This document shows positions 12,493-25,913 of a stretch of 64,000 nucleotides of DNA, one piece after another. The notes beneath the pieces are model-generated. The model saw only the letters and a list, made by a program, of their open reading frames with translations. It was not told the DNA's origin and did no database searches. The first letter of the stretch is position 1. Every line of letters starts with the position of its first letter. The stretch is taken from assembly GCA_020137815.1 (NCBI GenBank), contig CM035353.1:1-64000 (forward strand), read 5' to 3'. Source of the stretch: Hormiphora californensis. Lineage: Eukaryota > Animalia > Ctenophora. The translations under genes were made by a program, and so were the position numbers.

Positions 12493-15400
12493 TCACTTCA
12501 CAAGACGGGGTACAACGAGAAGTACAGTCATCAACATCCAAGTACCGAGAGTAACGATCAGGGTGGCCCTTTCTGACCTCTCTGGTACTGTTACCCCGGA
12601 AATAGCACCACCAAGAATCGCAGAGATATTCATTACAAAGGCATAGACAATGGAGGACCTCTCTCCCAGACTCCTCATCTCCATGCCCCATCTTCTGTAC
12701 AGTTCGAACTTGTATGTGATACACATGTTCACTATTGATGCGTCTCCGAACCCGGCAATTAGAGTCCCCAGCTCAAATGATCCGGGGAAGGAGTAGAAGG
12801 AGGTTGTACAAGGAGTACATAAGGGAGGCACCGTTGTAAAAGAGGAAGTTTCCACCGAGCATCATCCAGAAGACAGTGGAAATCTGACCGGATGTAACGC
12901 TTAGACCGATACTTGAAATAAGGCTGAACACATTGACCAAGTTCACCATTAGGGCGGTATTCGTGGTATTTGTTTCACCAGCCAGGCGCATACGCTCCGG
13001 GATGGCAGTTATCAGCAGGATAAAGGAGAGGTTGTTTACAAAAAGTACAATGTCAGGCAGAACAAACGCCAAAGATTGAACAGTTGAAAGTTCCCGGACA
13101 TGATCTATAGGGGTCTCAACCACCTTCTCCTCTGGGGAATCTTTACTTTTCGTTAATTCCAAATCCTTCAATTCTGCCACTGGGTTTGTCATAACAATAT
13201 CTACTTTTACAGAGTTTTCGTCTTGAGACTTCGGGAGCCACGGTAAAAACAGGATTGGTAGAAGCAAGATACCTGGTTAAATTATAACTTTTAGTAACTA
13301 CCATCAAATATTTGGTAACTGCTATTTGCCTATCGCTCGAAACTTTCTCAATCTTCTGATATAATAATATATATACCGCGAGTGCACATATCACTCCCGC
13401 TCCGCGCGACCATTTGCACGGTGAAATATGCACTCTGCTTCCGCGGGAGCGTGCAGATATAGGGGTAGCGGGATATAAGTAAGAACAGTGTCCCCTCAGT
13501 GTTTTTACACCTTATTCACACACAAACACACAGAATATGACTGACACAGTGCCAAGCGACACAAAGTCTGTCAAATTACACTCACTCTCCCTCTTTCTCT
13601 CACTAATTATCCCCTTATCGTGTTTTGTTGTTCACCATTTCCAAGAATTCCAATCTCTCTCTCTCTCGTATCTCTCCCTTTATCCCTCTCTTCTTTTCAC
13701 TAATTAAAACTAACAGAACGAGTTCCCTTGTGTGTAACAGGTGTAGAAGTGTATTTTTGTGTAGTTTTGCTTAGTTTGTACCTTGTTTTGTCACATCTCT
13801 CTGTGTGTAATCACCCAAAATTATCATTGTTTTGCTTGTCATGTGCTTTCTCGCGGAATATATACTCAATAACGTCCTGCACGGCATGTGCAAGCGCTCC
13901 TATATCGCACTCGTTACACTCGTGCAATATAGGTGTGAAATGCACTCCAGCTGCGCTGTCGTGCATTTCACCTCCATATACGCTCTGCAGTGCAGAGCGT
14001 ATATGGCGCGCTTGCACTGCGTGCAGAACGTTATGTACTATATAACAATGCGTATACCTGCCATTCCAAGGCCGACAGCTATCCACGAGTAGAGTTGGTA
14101 TAATTTGGCTCCGATTAATGTTCCAGCTATTGTTCCGATATGCATAGAGCCACTTATCAATCCGATTTCCATGGGCCTATCTTTGAAATGTAAATCCACT
14201 ATCTCGCCCTGACAAAACATTTGTTTTATGCGATAAATTCCATGACTGTAGGCACATATTAATCAGGAAAATACTGTGACTTATGGGGCTGTGGCATTGC
14301 ACCACAGAAGAATTTTAAGGGTCAGTGCACAGGGTCAACTGCAACTCGGAATGTGTTGAGTTTCCTTGATGTGGGGACCCCTGGGTGTGGTTTAGATTTT
14401 GGACTGCCCGATTAGTTTGGGCGGAACGTGACTCGGTCAAATCCACTAAGTATTCCGGGTGCACGTACTGCGTCTCGCTCAAACTTGACTCACTAATCGC
14501 AGTGCTTACAACGCGACCCTCTGTATGTGCATTGTGCAGACGTGCACGTTTTAAGGGTACGCTAACCAAAATTTTTTTTCGAGTGCAGGGCAATCTCTCA
14601 CCGTAGGGTTGTAGGCCATGCCAAGGAGACCTCAAATATGCAATTTGAGCTCTCAAGTCGAATTCATATTTTTGCTACAGCTGCTTGAAAAATGAACTGA
14701 AAATGAGTTTTTGGCATCTCAAAAATACATTTGTAAAGATAGGATCATAAAAATTTGTGGATTTGAAGAGGACAAAGAGGTGAGTAGCCACAAAAAATTT
14801 TTTTGAAATCGGAGCTGATTTCCGGTCCTGAGGTGGATTTCTTTTTTTTGACTTTAACGCCATATTTGGCCAAGTTCCGCAAATACGTGGAAACTGTAAA
14901 TTGGTCAAAAGTTGCGTCTAACGATTCTCTATATGGCCATAAATTTTGGGCGCGTCCTTATTTGAGGTGTGTCGTACAGATCGAAAAGTGTAAGGCTCGT
15001 TTTTATTGAAAATTAGCATTTTTTGTGTAACAGTTTTTGACGTCTCAATAATACATTTTTAGAGATAGGAGCATGAAAATTTGGGGATTTGGAGAGGACA
15101 TGGAGGTGAATTGATGTGGAAATTTTTGAATTGTTTTTGGTTTTGTTTGTAATTTGAGTATTTTCTATTTTGTTATACAGCCACAAGAATCATTGGTTTT
15201 TATACAGATTTCCCAGAACACCTTGGTACACAAATCTAGCTCTGTAGGGTACATCGTTTGAGAGTTAACGCTAATATTTTGTCAGTACGTAGGCAAGGGT
15301 ATGACGGAACTTTTGACAAATTTTCATCACTAACGAAGTACCTATATGCATTTTATGGGGGTGTAAAAACAGTGAAAATTATCAATATATCAGGACCGGA

Positions 15401-18400
15401 AATCAGCTAGGATTTAAATAAAAATTTTTTGCGGCTGTTCACCTCCATGTCCTCTCCAAATCCCCAAATTTTCATGCTCCTATCTCTAAAAATGTATTAT
15501 TGAGACGTCAAAAACTGTTACACAAAAAATGCTAATTTTCAATAAAAACGAGCCTTACACTTTTCGATCTGTACGACACACCTCAAATAAGGACGCGCCC
15601 AAAATTTATGGCCATATAGAGAATCGTTAGACGCAACTTTTGACCAATTTACAGTTTCCACGTATTTGCGGAACTTGGCCAAATATGGCGTTAAAGTCAA
15701 AAAAAAGAAATCCACCTCAGGACCGGAAATCAGCTCCGATTTCAAAAAAATTTTTTGTGGCTACTCACCTCTTTGTCCTCTTCAAATCCACAAATTTTTA
15801 TGATCCTATCTTTACAAATGTATTTTTGAGATGCCAAAAACTCATTTTCAGTTCATTTTTCAAGCAGCTGTAGCAAAAATATGAATTCGACTTGAGAGCT
15901 CAAATTGCATATTTGAGGTCTCCTTGGCATGGCCTACAACCCTACGGTGAGAGATTGCCCTGCACTCGAAAAAAAATTTTGGTTAGCGTACCCTTAAGCA
16001 CTGCGAATAGTCAGTCAAGTTTGACCGAGACGCAGTAAGTGCACCCGGAATAGTAGTCAAGCAGTCAAAAATCTAAACCACACCCAGGGGTCCCCACACC
16101 AAGGAGACTCAACACAACCCAAGTTGACCCTGTGGACTGACCCTTGAATTCGAATGGCTCATCTAACTATATTAAATGCAAACTGTATTGGATAATTTTC
16201 ACGTGCAAATTGAGTAGTTGACTCGATGGTGTTTGCTGAGTTTTCTACCGAGCTACGTCTCATAATCGCCGGCACAGGGACAGGGAACGAAGTTTTCTCT
16301 AAATTTGCAATCGGTACGATCACCCCATGGTTCTCTATAGTTCTCCCAATACAATAAGCATCCTACAAAACAATCGGTTAGATCAAATCATACAGATAAG
16401 TAGCAATTTAAATACATCAATAGGATCGAAACACACAAAACAATTAATTACTAAAATATTATACCTGAACCAGTAGAAAAAGTCCGGCCATTCCAATCCC
16501 CTGGAAAAACCTTGCTAAACCCAGAATGGTGAAAATGGCCCATGTTTGGTCAGTTAAGTCCACTAAACAGGTTGCAAGGGTCGCCACACTCGCTACTGAG
16601 CAGTAGAGGACACATTTCCACCGGATACTGTACTTCAAACGATGCAAGAAAAAGGCAGAAAGTCCCATTGAAAGTTGAAGTGCTCCGAGGACAAAACCTC
16701 CTGAAACAATCTAAGTTCGAGAAATGCTCAAATTTATATTTACTAGCGCACCCATTGGGTGCGCCCCAAGTGAGGGCTTTTTGATAACCCACAGGGCTTC
16801 GCCGTGTGGTTGTTTTTGCCACTTTTAACGGATATAACACGGTTGCCATGGCAACTGAAGTGGTAACTATGGGGAATGAATTGTTAAAACTCATTCGAAA
16901 ATAATAAGAAAATTCCACTGGAAGTTCCAAAAGTGTGAGCAACAGTTTAACAGCTTTGGTTGCATAAAATGTTTTATGAAGGAGCACCCATTCCTACAAA
17001 ATTTTTGCTGTCGATAATGAGTGGAACAAGACTGAAGGAATTAAATCAAATTCGGGCTCTACTAGATGAACATGGAATCCAGTACTCGCAGAGAATGAAG
17101 AAAGCCCAACTAATGGATCTGCTAGGAGATATCTACCAAGACTCACAAAACAACATGGAGTCAGTGGAAAAATGTCCCGAGTGTAGTAAAACAGTAGACA
17201 ACGGCGTCCAATGTGATGGGTGTCAATTGTGGTTTCATTGCAAATGTGCTAACATCAACGATGCAACATTCAAAAACATCGGAAGGTACGGAACACACTG
17301 GGAATGTATCACTTGCAGACAGATTCCATCTTTTGACAAAGTTACTACAAAAATTGAGCTAAAGTGGGGAAATTTTCAAGGCAACCTAGAGTCAACACTC
17401 AACGAAATTCACGAGAAGGTGTCCTCTTTCCGACCTAACTTGTTTACATTACCCAATGGTAAGGCTGGAAAGGACTACATTGAGATGATCAAAGATTTAT
17501 GTGATAAATGGACGGACAAAACTGATCTACAGGGTATCGCTCTAACAGCCATTCATGTAAGTGGCGCCTTGCTGTTACAGAAACCGCGAAAAAACAGTAA
17601 ACACAAAGATCACTTTGACCTCTTGACCAAAAGATTGGAAAAATGGAAAGATGGGCAGTTTTATCAGCTATTATCAGAAGCCACTGCCATTCAGGGTAGG
17701 CTAAACTCATCAACAGCAGGAAACAAAACCGACACTAATCTTGCATTCTCAAGACTAATGTTGGTAGGGAGAGTGGCAGCAGCTCTCAGACTACTCAGAA
17801 CAGCACAAGGAGGCCCACTGCAAGTAACACCTCAACTGATAGACGAACTGAAGAAAAAACATCCACCGGCCCAGAGAATTGCTGTAGAACGATTAGTATC
17901 AACCACGATGCACCCAACAGTCGAACCTGGAACACGTGTACTGATATCTAGGCGAGCTCCATCCGCCGTAATAGTTCCCTCCGGGAGACTCATTCCTCGT
18001 ACATTTAGCAGATGGGGTTCAACTTTCGTGTCGTGACACACATTACTGAACTCACTTGCGATAAAGTCTCTCACGTTGTTGTGGCGAAAGCATACAAAAC
18101 CGCCGATCTTACATGAAATTGAGTGATCGATACTATTTTCCTCTCCACACACGCAGTTGGTAGGCAGTGCTTCTCCTGTCAGCGGCAAGTTGTAACGTGC
18201 AGACAGAGCATCATGCCACTCTTGTCTGTTCAATGTAAAGTTCAGTGCTTGGAGGGGAAGACAAGTAAGCCAAGAAGATGCACCTTTCTCAGACAGGAGA
18301 TCAAGGTTCCTGCTTTCGGCGCTAGTCATTTTGCTTCGAATCTCCTCAATTTTCTGATGATGAATGTCATTTTTGGTACGGCGAATAATTGATGATTTCT

Positions 18401-21400
18401 CAGTTTGTTGGTTTTTGTCAACCTGAAATGTTTCGTGTTGGCCAAGAACCGCTGCAGACAAGTCTTCTGTGATGAACTTAGAAAAGCTGTACTCCGAATC
18501 CGCTGATAGTTCTGGGTTATCAATTCCCAATCCTCCAAATCTAACAGGGAGGGATGCAACTGATCTCAAGGTGTCGCTGATAACATGTTGGCCAGTTAGT
18601 ACAGGAAGAAGTTTTTGGTGGACGGTTTTCTCGATGACTCCAAGTTGTTGGGATATTCCTGGAGTTGTTCTCATGAGGTAGCTCCACCTTTTCGAGATCC
18701 CGATGGTGTATGCACTATAGGCTAGCTGTGGTTCGTTTACTGCAATTTCACAGAGTTGACTGATTTCCTCGTTCCATTTTGCAACCTCGTTCTGAACAAA
18801 TTCCCTCTGGCTCTCCTCTGTTCCGATGTATGATCCTAGGTAGCGTTGGCCGTCTGTAGTGATGTTGACGTCCGTGAACATTTCCCTTGCAGTTTCTTCG
18901 TATTGGGGTTTCACAATTAGCCACGATTTTCCGGGGTTAGGGAGGTATCCGTAGCCCGGTCCGTCACTCTTTATTTTTTCCCACCATGATTTTACTGACG
19001 AAAGTTTGCCTCCACCCAGGCCATCATCGGCATAGAATATTTGAGTGAGAGAGGAGTCCTTTAGGGAGCGAATGAGGGGCATGAGGCAACAAGCGTACAT
19101 GGGCATAGCAGCAGTGTCTCCCTGGGTTGTACCCTCGGCTGATTTCATGGTCTCATGGGTCATGCCATCGCATAGGAAGAGATCAGCTGTTAGTCCGTAC
19201 GTATTTTTCAAATATAATTCGAATTCAGGGCAAGTATAGTTAATATTATTCAAAGCTGACACACGATTTAACGAATTGAATGCATTACTAGCATCTACAA
19301 GCAAAATACATTCACAATTTTCACTCTCAAATAAATCTCTTGCTGCGTGAACAGCAGCCTCCACACCGCTTTCGAGTCCTGCACACAGTTGAATTGGTGC
19401 TGTGCATTCAATAATGTCCGGTTTGAGGGCTCGAGTGATAACTTTGCCCACCAATCGTCTGAGTATTTCACCAATCCCGATCGGTCTAATACCAGTTGGC
19501 TTCTTGCTCAGTGGAACTAGCCGGGAGGCCACATAGGATGTAATATGTTTCGGGTCGATTGGTTCTGTAGCTATCTTAACAGCAAAGGTGGCAATAGCCT
19601 GTGCTAACTCAGTTGACGACGGGCTCAGCTTCTTTGATAACAGTATGTGTTTCCATAAATCTGAGTTAGCTCCTGATGGACCTCCAGACCCTGTTAATGT
19701 ATTAGCAGCTTTGATGACAGCCGCTGCAGATATTTGGGAGAACATACAGTCAGTTTTTGGGAGGAGTGGGCCGTTCAGGAGCGTAGATGAATCTGAGCTG
19801 GGTGGGTGTTTCTTAGCCAGCTCCTGGACGACAGATGGTGTAATAGGAACTGGTGCTACATCACTTTCACGAATCGCTCGTAGTGCCTGTCCGACCTTTC
19901 CTTGCAGCATGAGTCGTGTAAAAGCTTTCAGTGCGTTTCTCGATTTTCCTTCATTGCTTGCCAGTCTGCTTTGAATCACCCTTCCCTCTCTCAGTAAAGA
20001 ATGAAAGTCTCCGTCCTGGAAGAGCTTGAGCCTTCTTTCAATGGCGATGGTGTGATCGCGGGATTTACTGTTGGCTGATGGTTTTTGGAGCACCAATGGA
20101 AAGAGTATAAACAGCAGCATGAGTGCAAAGGGCCTGTTACTCGTGTTGTTGTTGAAAGAGTTGAGGCAATTGGCCGCTTCACGGACAAAGTCTTTACCTG
20201 CACGACCAGAGGGGACCTGGCAGAGATTTTGCCTCCAGAACACTACCTCTTTGTAGGCATGGTTGATATCGCGGTGAAAGTCGGACACAAAACACTCTGA
20301 ATCGTCGCATTTAGGTGTAGTTTCGGCGATGTGATCTTCGAGAAGTTTTACCAGGTCAGCTTTCTTCGTGTTGGATTTGAATTTCACACCACGGTCACGT
20401 AGCTCGGTCCGGATTTGTTCAGCAGTTGTTTTCATGACCTCAAGAAACTTTCAAAAAAGTTTAAGCTTTTCAAGTAAAAAATATCATTCAACAAAAACTT
20501 GAGATAAACGATGTGGAATGGGCAGAGCAACAAGAAGAAATGAACGAAGAACACAAGAAAATATCCAAGAACAAGAAAAAAGAGTCATTGGAAAAACTAG
20601 AGAACATTATCTCCGAAGTCGATGGACCACTCAGACGCCAAATTGAAGATCTCAGGCAACCGGGAACTTCTAGTTGGCTCACCACTCTGCCTATCAGAGA
20701 GTATGGATTTGTCCTGAACAAGCAGGAGTTCAAAGATGCGTTAGCCATAAGGTACATGCTCCCACTTGCTGATATCAGTGAGACATGCGGCTGTGGGGAA
20801 TCAGCTACTATTGAACACTTGTTATCGTGCATGCGTGGTGGATACACAAATGCTAGACACAACCAGGTCCGAGACATCACCGCAATAATGATGAAAAATT
20901 CCGGATGCGGGGACGTAAAGATCGAGCCAACACTGTTGCCCCTTACTGGAGAGGAACTAAATAAAAACAGCAACACTAGGGAAATGGCAAGACTGGACGT
21001 GTCTGGAAGAAATTTCTGGTCTAAGGGAGACAAGATCTTTGCGGACATCCGTATATTTAACTCGTTGGCACCAACAAATCAAATTAACACCATCGAGAAA
21101 ACTGCGGAGATCCATGAAGGTCAGAAGAAAAGGGCCTATGGGGAGAGAATCCTAAATGTGGAACGAGCTACCTTCACCCCACTTGTGTTCTCAACAATCG
21201 GAACATTCGGACCAGAAGCAGAGCGGTTCTACAAGCGTCTTGCTGGCTTGTACTCGGTTAAGTCGAAACAAAGCTATAATGACGCCATTAGATACATTAG
21301 ATTACGATTATCATTTTGCATTCTCAAATCAGTACTCATTCAAATTCGAGGCTACCGAGGGTCTCTACCATTCTATCCTGATCTAATAGATATGAATCTA

Positions 21401-21862
21401 GTACCTTTATTCCTTTTATAAATCATGTTATTAGTATAACCTATTTCTATATATTTTGCGAGATGTTGTATAACATGACATTATAAATTTGTTCTATCTT
21501 TTCTTTTCTACCCGGTTATTATTTGTGGTTTTTTGATCTTTGATGTCGATTTTTTTTCAAAAACCCTACTTGGGATTAGATTAATTCTTTTTTTAATCGA
21601 CTAAGCTAATCCTGAGCTTTCGAAAACACACCCACCCTATTGATATAGATCTGATGAAAAATTATTTATATTTATAGGCATATTGTGACATGTGTATACA
21701 GTGGCTCGGCAAGTGGAGTTACATACCGGCAACATCGCTCAGGTTCTGAGTTCGGAAATATTCAAGTTGAAACATGGCCGTGTGAGTACGACATGATGTG
21801 ACCACAACGTTACCAAAACAAGCAAACACCAGATAAAATACATTTTCAGTTATGAAAGGCAT
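12493..21862 (-). CDS. MFS-type transporter, paralog 2 (4 exons, TE-expanded introns, one frameshift near 12811)
   Basis: Exons 21862-21727, 16700-16465, 14208-14058, 13272-12493. Exons 1-3 have the same lengths as in paralog 1 (136/236/151). An extra A near 12811 shifts the frame (pseudogene or sequencing error). Confidence 0.75.
14319..16143. mobile_element. Kolobok-like non-autonomous element (outer) in MFS intron 2
   Basis: TTAA|GGGTCAGT...ACTGACCC|TTGA; imperfect ~190-bp TIRs; RR..YY termini at a TTAA site. Confidence 0.65.
14555..15993. mobile_element. Kolobok-like foldback element with ~555-bp near-perfect TIRs (inner)
   Basis: TTAA|GGGTACGCTAACC...GGTTAGCGTACCC|TTAA; arms 14555-15110 and 15438-15993; the mirrored ORFs in the track reflect the palindrome. 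Confidence 0.85.
17017..17934 (+). pseudogene. CRE-clade retrotransposon A, N-terminal part (HeH/SAP-like, PHD finger, pre-RT region)
   Basis: ORF 16960-18036: QIRALLDEHGIQY...KKAQLMDLL, C4HC3 PHD, NLFTLPNGKAGKDY...LLLQKP (CRE-type); interrupted at ~17934. Confidence 0.8.
17935..20435 (-). CDS. CRE-clade retrotransposon B ORF (SAP/HeH-like, RT, CCHC, RLE truncated)
   Basis: 867-aa ORF: GSGGPSG, RPIGIGE, LLVDASNAFNS, GTTQGD, YADD, CVCG..H..SC, RHN, RLDI. The RLE is cut off after RLDISTR at the junction with element A. Confidence 0.9.
20483..21421 (+). pseudogene. CRE-clade retrotransposon A, C-terminal part (Zn knuckle + restriction-like endonuclease)
   Basis: SSWLTTLP, CGCG..IEHLLSC, RHNQVRD, RLDV..FW..DIRIFN, EGQKKRAY, FTPLVFSTIG; ends in a stop at 21421. 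Confidence 0.85.
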
Positions 21863-22595
21863 AACTAATTAAGGGAATACGATATACATTATAATACAGT
21901 CGTGCCCCAATTTTCGGGGAGTCAAACAAAGATAACAAAATACTTTGAAAATTTTGATTTTCGATTATCTAAATAGTCAGGTTATGCGAAGAGACACAGT
22001 CCACAGAACGACTACTATTAGTACCACGCGGCGGTATATAAATTTAATATTTTAATACTATTTTAACACGTATACGGTGCCGACAGTATTCTATAAATCA
22101 AAGATCCAGAGACCCAATATAATTCAAAATTAGGATACGTTATAACTTTACTGTTGGCATACGTATGAAAAAATAGCCAAACATACTGGTCCCCTGAGTA
22201 GCGATACTGCGATAGTAATATAATGGGATTGGGACACCGGGGGCAATGAGATTCTGCAAATCCATTTCCATGAGTAGCTGTTTTGATAATCGATACCCAT
22301 AGGATTAATGGATTGCGGAAGTGGTACTATTGCATTGTATTACAGCATAACAAACTCACGTGCATATATAAAGAATGATAAGGGTGAGGCTAGTTTAGCA
22401 ACACAGGAAAGAAAGATAACAACAGTCAGTGTTACAAGACAGGCTGAAAGAGAGCGAGAGAGATCAGTGACTGGCCCGGAAAATGAGGGAGAGTGAGAGA
22501 GATCTGTCCCTCTTCCCAATCTCAAACCGAAATCTTACATATGCGCTGATCAGTACCACCATATTGTCAATTCTTCGGATAGAAAGGGATTTTTG

Positions 22596-22700
22596 GTACG
22601 TGCTATTATAGTATTTTTATAGCAAAGACTCGAAGGAGACTCATATGTGATATATGAGTCTCCTTCGGGTCTTTCCTGTAAATATTATAAAAACACGTAC
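22596..22700. repeat. ~105-bp imperfect palindrome (mini-MITE)
   Basis: gtacgtg...gaaggagactcatat / atatgagtctccttc...cacgtac. Confidence 0.7.
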
Positions 22701-23515
22701 ACGGCCGACAGTTATAGCTGGCAGCTTAGTGGCAAGACTGCAATCATACCAAACTATAAACCAAACCAAAACAAACATAGATCGATAATAAAAAGCAACA
22801 AAAGTATTTAGAGTGTGACTGCAGAACAACACTGACTGCACAGAACTGACTGCAGAACAACAGTGAGGAAGAGAAACGTGATATATAATAGCATAAAGGG
22901 ACCGCTTATTAGTTCAAGATTTAAAACCCTTTTTATCTCTCTCTAAACTCCTCTACCCTTGGTATCACTGGTTTTAATACTGGTATTACTGGTATTATTG
23001 GTATCACTGATGTGGTGCCTAGGGCTCCTGTGAGACATTTCCAGTCGCATTTATAACACGCGTATTCATAGAGAAGAATGTAAAAATATATCATTTAAAA
23101 AAATAAGATTGTTGTCTGGTGATTTCTTTTAAATGCAGTGCAACAATGCAACGCAAACGCTCATAATTACCACACGAGACTGCGCTGAAGATTCAACCTT
23201 ACCAAACTTTTAATCAATTTCTTCTAAGATTCATTGATAACGATGAAGTAGCTAGGTTACTACAAGTACACAGACAGAAAACTTCGTGCCAGTACAGTTA
23301 AGTATAACACTTTCATCTTTCGTCTTTCAGTCTTTCACCTTCTGAACTGATTTGTTTCGCCTGGCCCTGCCAGTTCTTTTTTCAACTGTTCACCCCAAAT
23401 AAAAGTGTGTTTACAGGTGCACGCTGCAAAAATAGTAACCTAGGCACTAACATGGCTCACCAAACCACTCAACCACTTTGGCTAATTCAAAGATTATTGG
23501 ATAGGAAATCTCAAG

Positions 23516-23558
23516 CCCTAGCCCTAACCCTAACCCTAACCCTAACCAAGCCCTAACC
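23516..23558. repeat. Interstitial telomere-like (CCCTAA)n tract within a repeat element
   Basis: ccctaaccctaaccctaaccctaac; a diverged inverted counterpart with similar flanks lies at ~36570-36680. Confidence 0.6.
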
Positions 23559-24158
23559 ATGCTCACGGGTGACAACTAAAAATCTGGACAATTTTCTGTG
23601 AGCTCTACCCCCATAGAAATTTCGCGCGGAGGAACCTGCATTCTCCAGCCTTTTAGTCACACGAATGAAGGTAATTATCCAAGAAAAAACCAGCTAAATT
23701 CCTGGAGAAAACAGGCATTCGTGCAGTCATTGTCTACTGCTGCGTTCCCCCTTTCAACTTTGTCTGGTGTATCTCAGAAAATATTTAACTTACAGACTCC
23801 CAAAAAACGGGAGGTAACATAATATTGTAGAAAATATACTACTATCTGGGTTTATTTAGATTAATGCACAGATACATAGCTATAGTTAGTGACACTTGGT
23901 GTCATAATTTTCTCCCATTGTTGTAGGTATTCACTTGACAGCTACCCCCTCTTTCTCTCCCATTCTCGCCCCTCTCCAGCCAGACAGTGTTGAAAGGGGA
24001 AACGAAGCAGTATTATTTATTTTATTATTATTAAATCTTGTATACATAATACATAACGCTTCTTTCTTGTAAGCTATACGGAATTAACAACTGAAAAGAT
24101 TCACTGCTGATTAGATTCTATGCTCTTGAATTTTCTAAACTTAGTGATAAGTATATAT

Positions 24159-25250
24159 CACTGCGCTGGCAAGCGCAAAGGTTGCCATTCCCCCTCCCCA
24201 AAAAAGCGCCGCCAGAAACGCAGTTATACGTTTTATGGGTGTTTTGGCTGAAAACCCAGATTTCAAAAGGCTATAGCGTGGCTCTCTTTCATCCGTTTGA
24301 CTTGAAATTTGGAATGTATACCCGGCTTGGGGTCTTTGACTCAAGTTTAAAATTTGAAGTCTCTATCTCATCTGGAACAGAAGTTACAGACAGGTCCCAT
24401 TTGCCCTAAATTCAGTGTAACAGGCATGTGCGCGCGCGCGTACGCGCATAGGAGAGACGCTTTTTATAAGTGAATGTGACGCCAAACGAAAAGAGATAGA
24501 GACTTCATCTTTTCACAGCTGGTAGATCTACTGGATTTGTGTGCATTAGTCGTAGTGGGGTCCGTTTTCATCGCCAGGAACGTCCTACAGAACGTCTTAA
24601 GATCGTCATTTTTCAGACTCTGACCAAAATTCGTTGAGCTCAATTTACACCCTGAAAACGGATTCTAATCGAAAAACGAAGACTACATCATGGAAAGAGA
24701 ATTGTCTGAACTTTCAGAAACTATATCGCGAATTTTCAAAAATAGATGTATAAGGGTCTTAAAACGCGTCGGAAGTGTTATGACTGTTTAAAAACAGATA
24801 TGACTTTATGGGTTTTTCGCTATAGCGGACTCAAATCTCATCCAATCGATCTCAAACTTGGTCAGTATCTTCATCTAGGTGGGCCCGATAATATGCCGTC
24901 ATAATTTTGACGTTACAACGTCGTGACGTCATTTTATGACGTCAAAATGACGTCAAAAATGAAAATTTCTCAATTTCGCGATTCTAACCTCTCTGTACCT
25001 ATTCTACTAAATCTACATGGATAAAAAATCCCCAAAATGATGCATATTATACCAAAACTAATTGAAATTAGTAGGCCGGAAAGGTTGCCTTCAGATTTGA
25101 GCTACCTTTGGCACCGGTACATTCCCTTTCGAAGATAAACGAAGCATCTGTACCCTGTCTATACCCCGTGAAAGTTACGGTGCCTAAGGTAGCTCAAATC
25201 TTAAGGCAACCTTTCCGGCCTACTAATTTCAATTAGTTTTGGTATAATAT
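24159..25250. mobile_element. Non-autonomous DNA repeat(s) in the LINE-A 3' UTR, ending in a ~200-bp palindromic MITE (25044-25250)
   Basis: Bounded by TA runs; arms ccaaaactaattgaaattagtaggccggaaagg / cctttccggcctactaatttcaattagttttgg. Confidence 0.55.
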
Positions 25251-25286
25251 ATATATATATATGTATTATATTATATTAGTGCTGTA

Positions 25287-25913
25287 CAGTCGGACCCCGA
25301 TTTAGTGGCCCCCGATTTAGTGGCACCCCGATTTAGTGGCAGGATTTTTTTCCCCCAAAAATTTTTTGAAGTTTTTTGTGAAGTTTTTTTGAAATTTTTT
25401 TGAAAATTTTTCAAAGGAATACCAGCCACGTCCGAATCGTGTTTCGAATCAGTGAATCTTATCGCATGTCCTGCTGCTAATTAGACGGTTCGGAACGAAC
25501 CGATACGTGATCCCCATGGGGCCATTGAATCATAAGTTCACCAAGCGTCAAAATTTCGATTCGATGGGATCACGTTTCAATTCGTTCCGAACCGTCTAAT
25601 TAGCAGCAGGACATGCGATAAGATGTACCGATTCGAAACACGATTCGGACATGGCTGGTATAACTTAGAAAAATTTCCACAATTTTTTTGAAAAAGTTAT
25701 TTTATAGTTTTCTATTTCTAATCAGAAATGATCATGTCATCAATACATGAATATTGCATATAACAGTTAGAGGTGTCTTTAGTTTTAGTACAGCATTTTG
25801 GGCATAAAATAGGTTTTTATGGGCCAAATATGGCTCACCCCGATTTAGTGACACCCCGATTTAGTGGCAGGATTTCTTTCCCCCGAGGATGCCACTAAAT
25901 CGGGGTCCGACTG
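25287..25913. mobile_element. Tc1/pogo-like MITE (CAGTCGGACCCCGATTTAGTGGC TIR, TA TSD)
   Basis: TA|cagtcggaccccgatttagtggc...gccactaaatcggggtccgactg|TA; same family at 58018-58100 and a degenerate copy at ~40997-41146. Confidence 0.85.

Larger units (their letters stand above)
16743..21663. mobile_element. Composite insertion in MFS intron 1: TIR-less non-autonomous repeat containing CRE retrotransposons
   Basis: Absent from the paralogous intron at ~10390. Flanked by the 11-bp direct repeat ATTTATATTTA (16732-16742, 21664-21674). The left end reads as hairpin+CTAG on the - strand (Helitron-like). Confidence 0.7.

Noticed and set aside
20436-20482. Second spliced leader at the 5' end of CRE-B (..TTCTTGAG GTC ATG)
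   Set aside because: Shares only the TTGAG ending with the 39-mer; insufficient evidence
23516-23558. Telomere or chromosome fusion site
   Set aside because: Only a few degenerate units, embedded in a repeat that recurs inverted near 36570-36680
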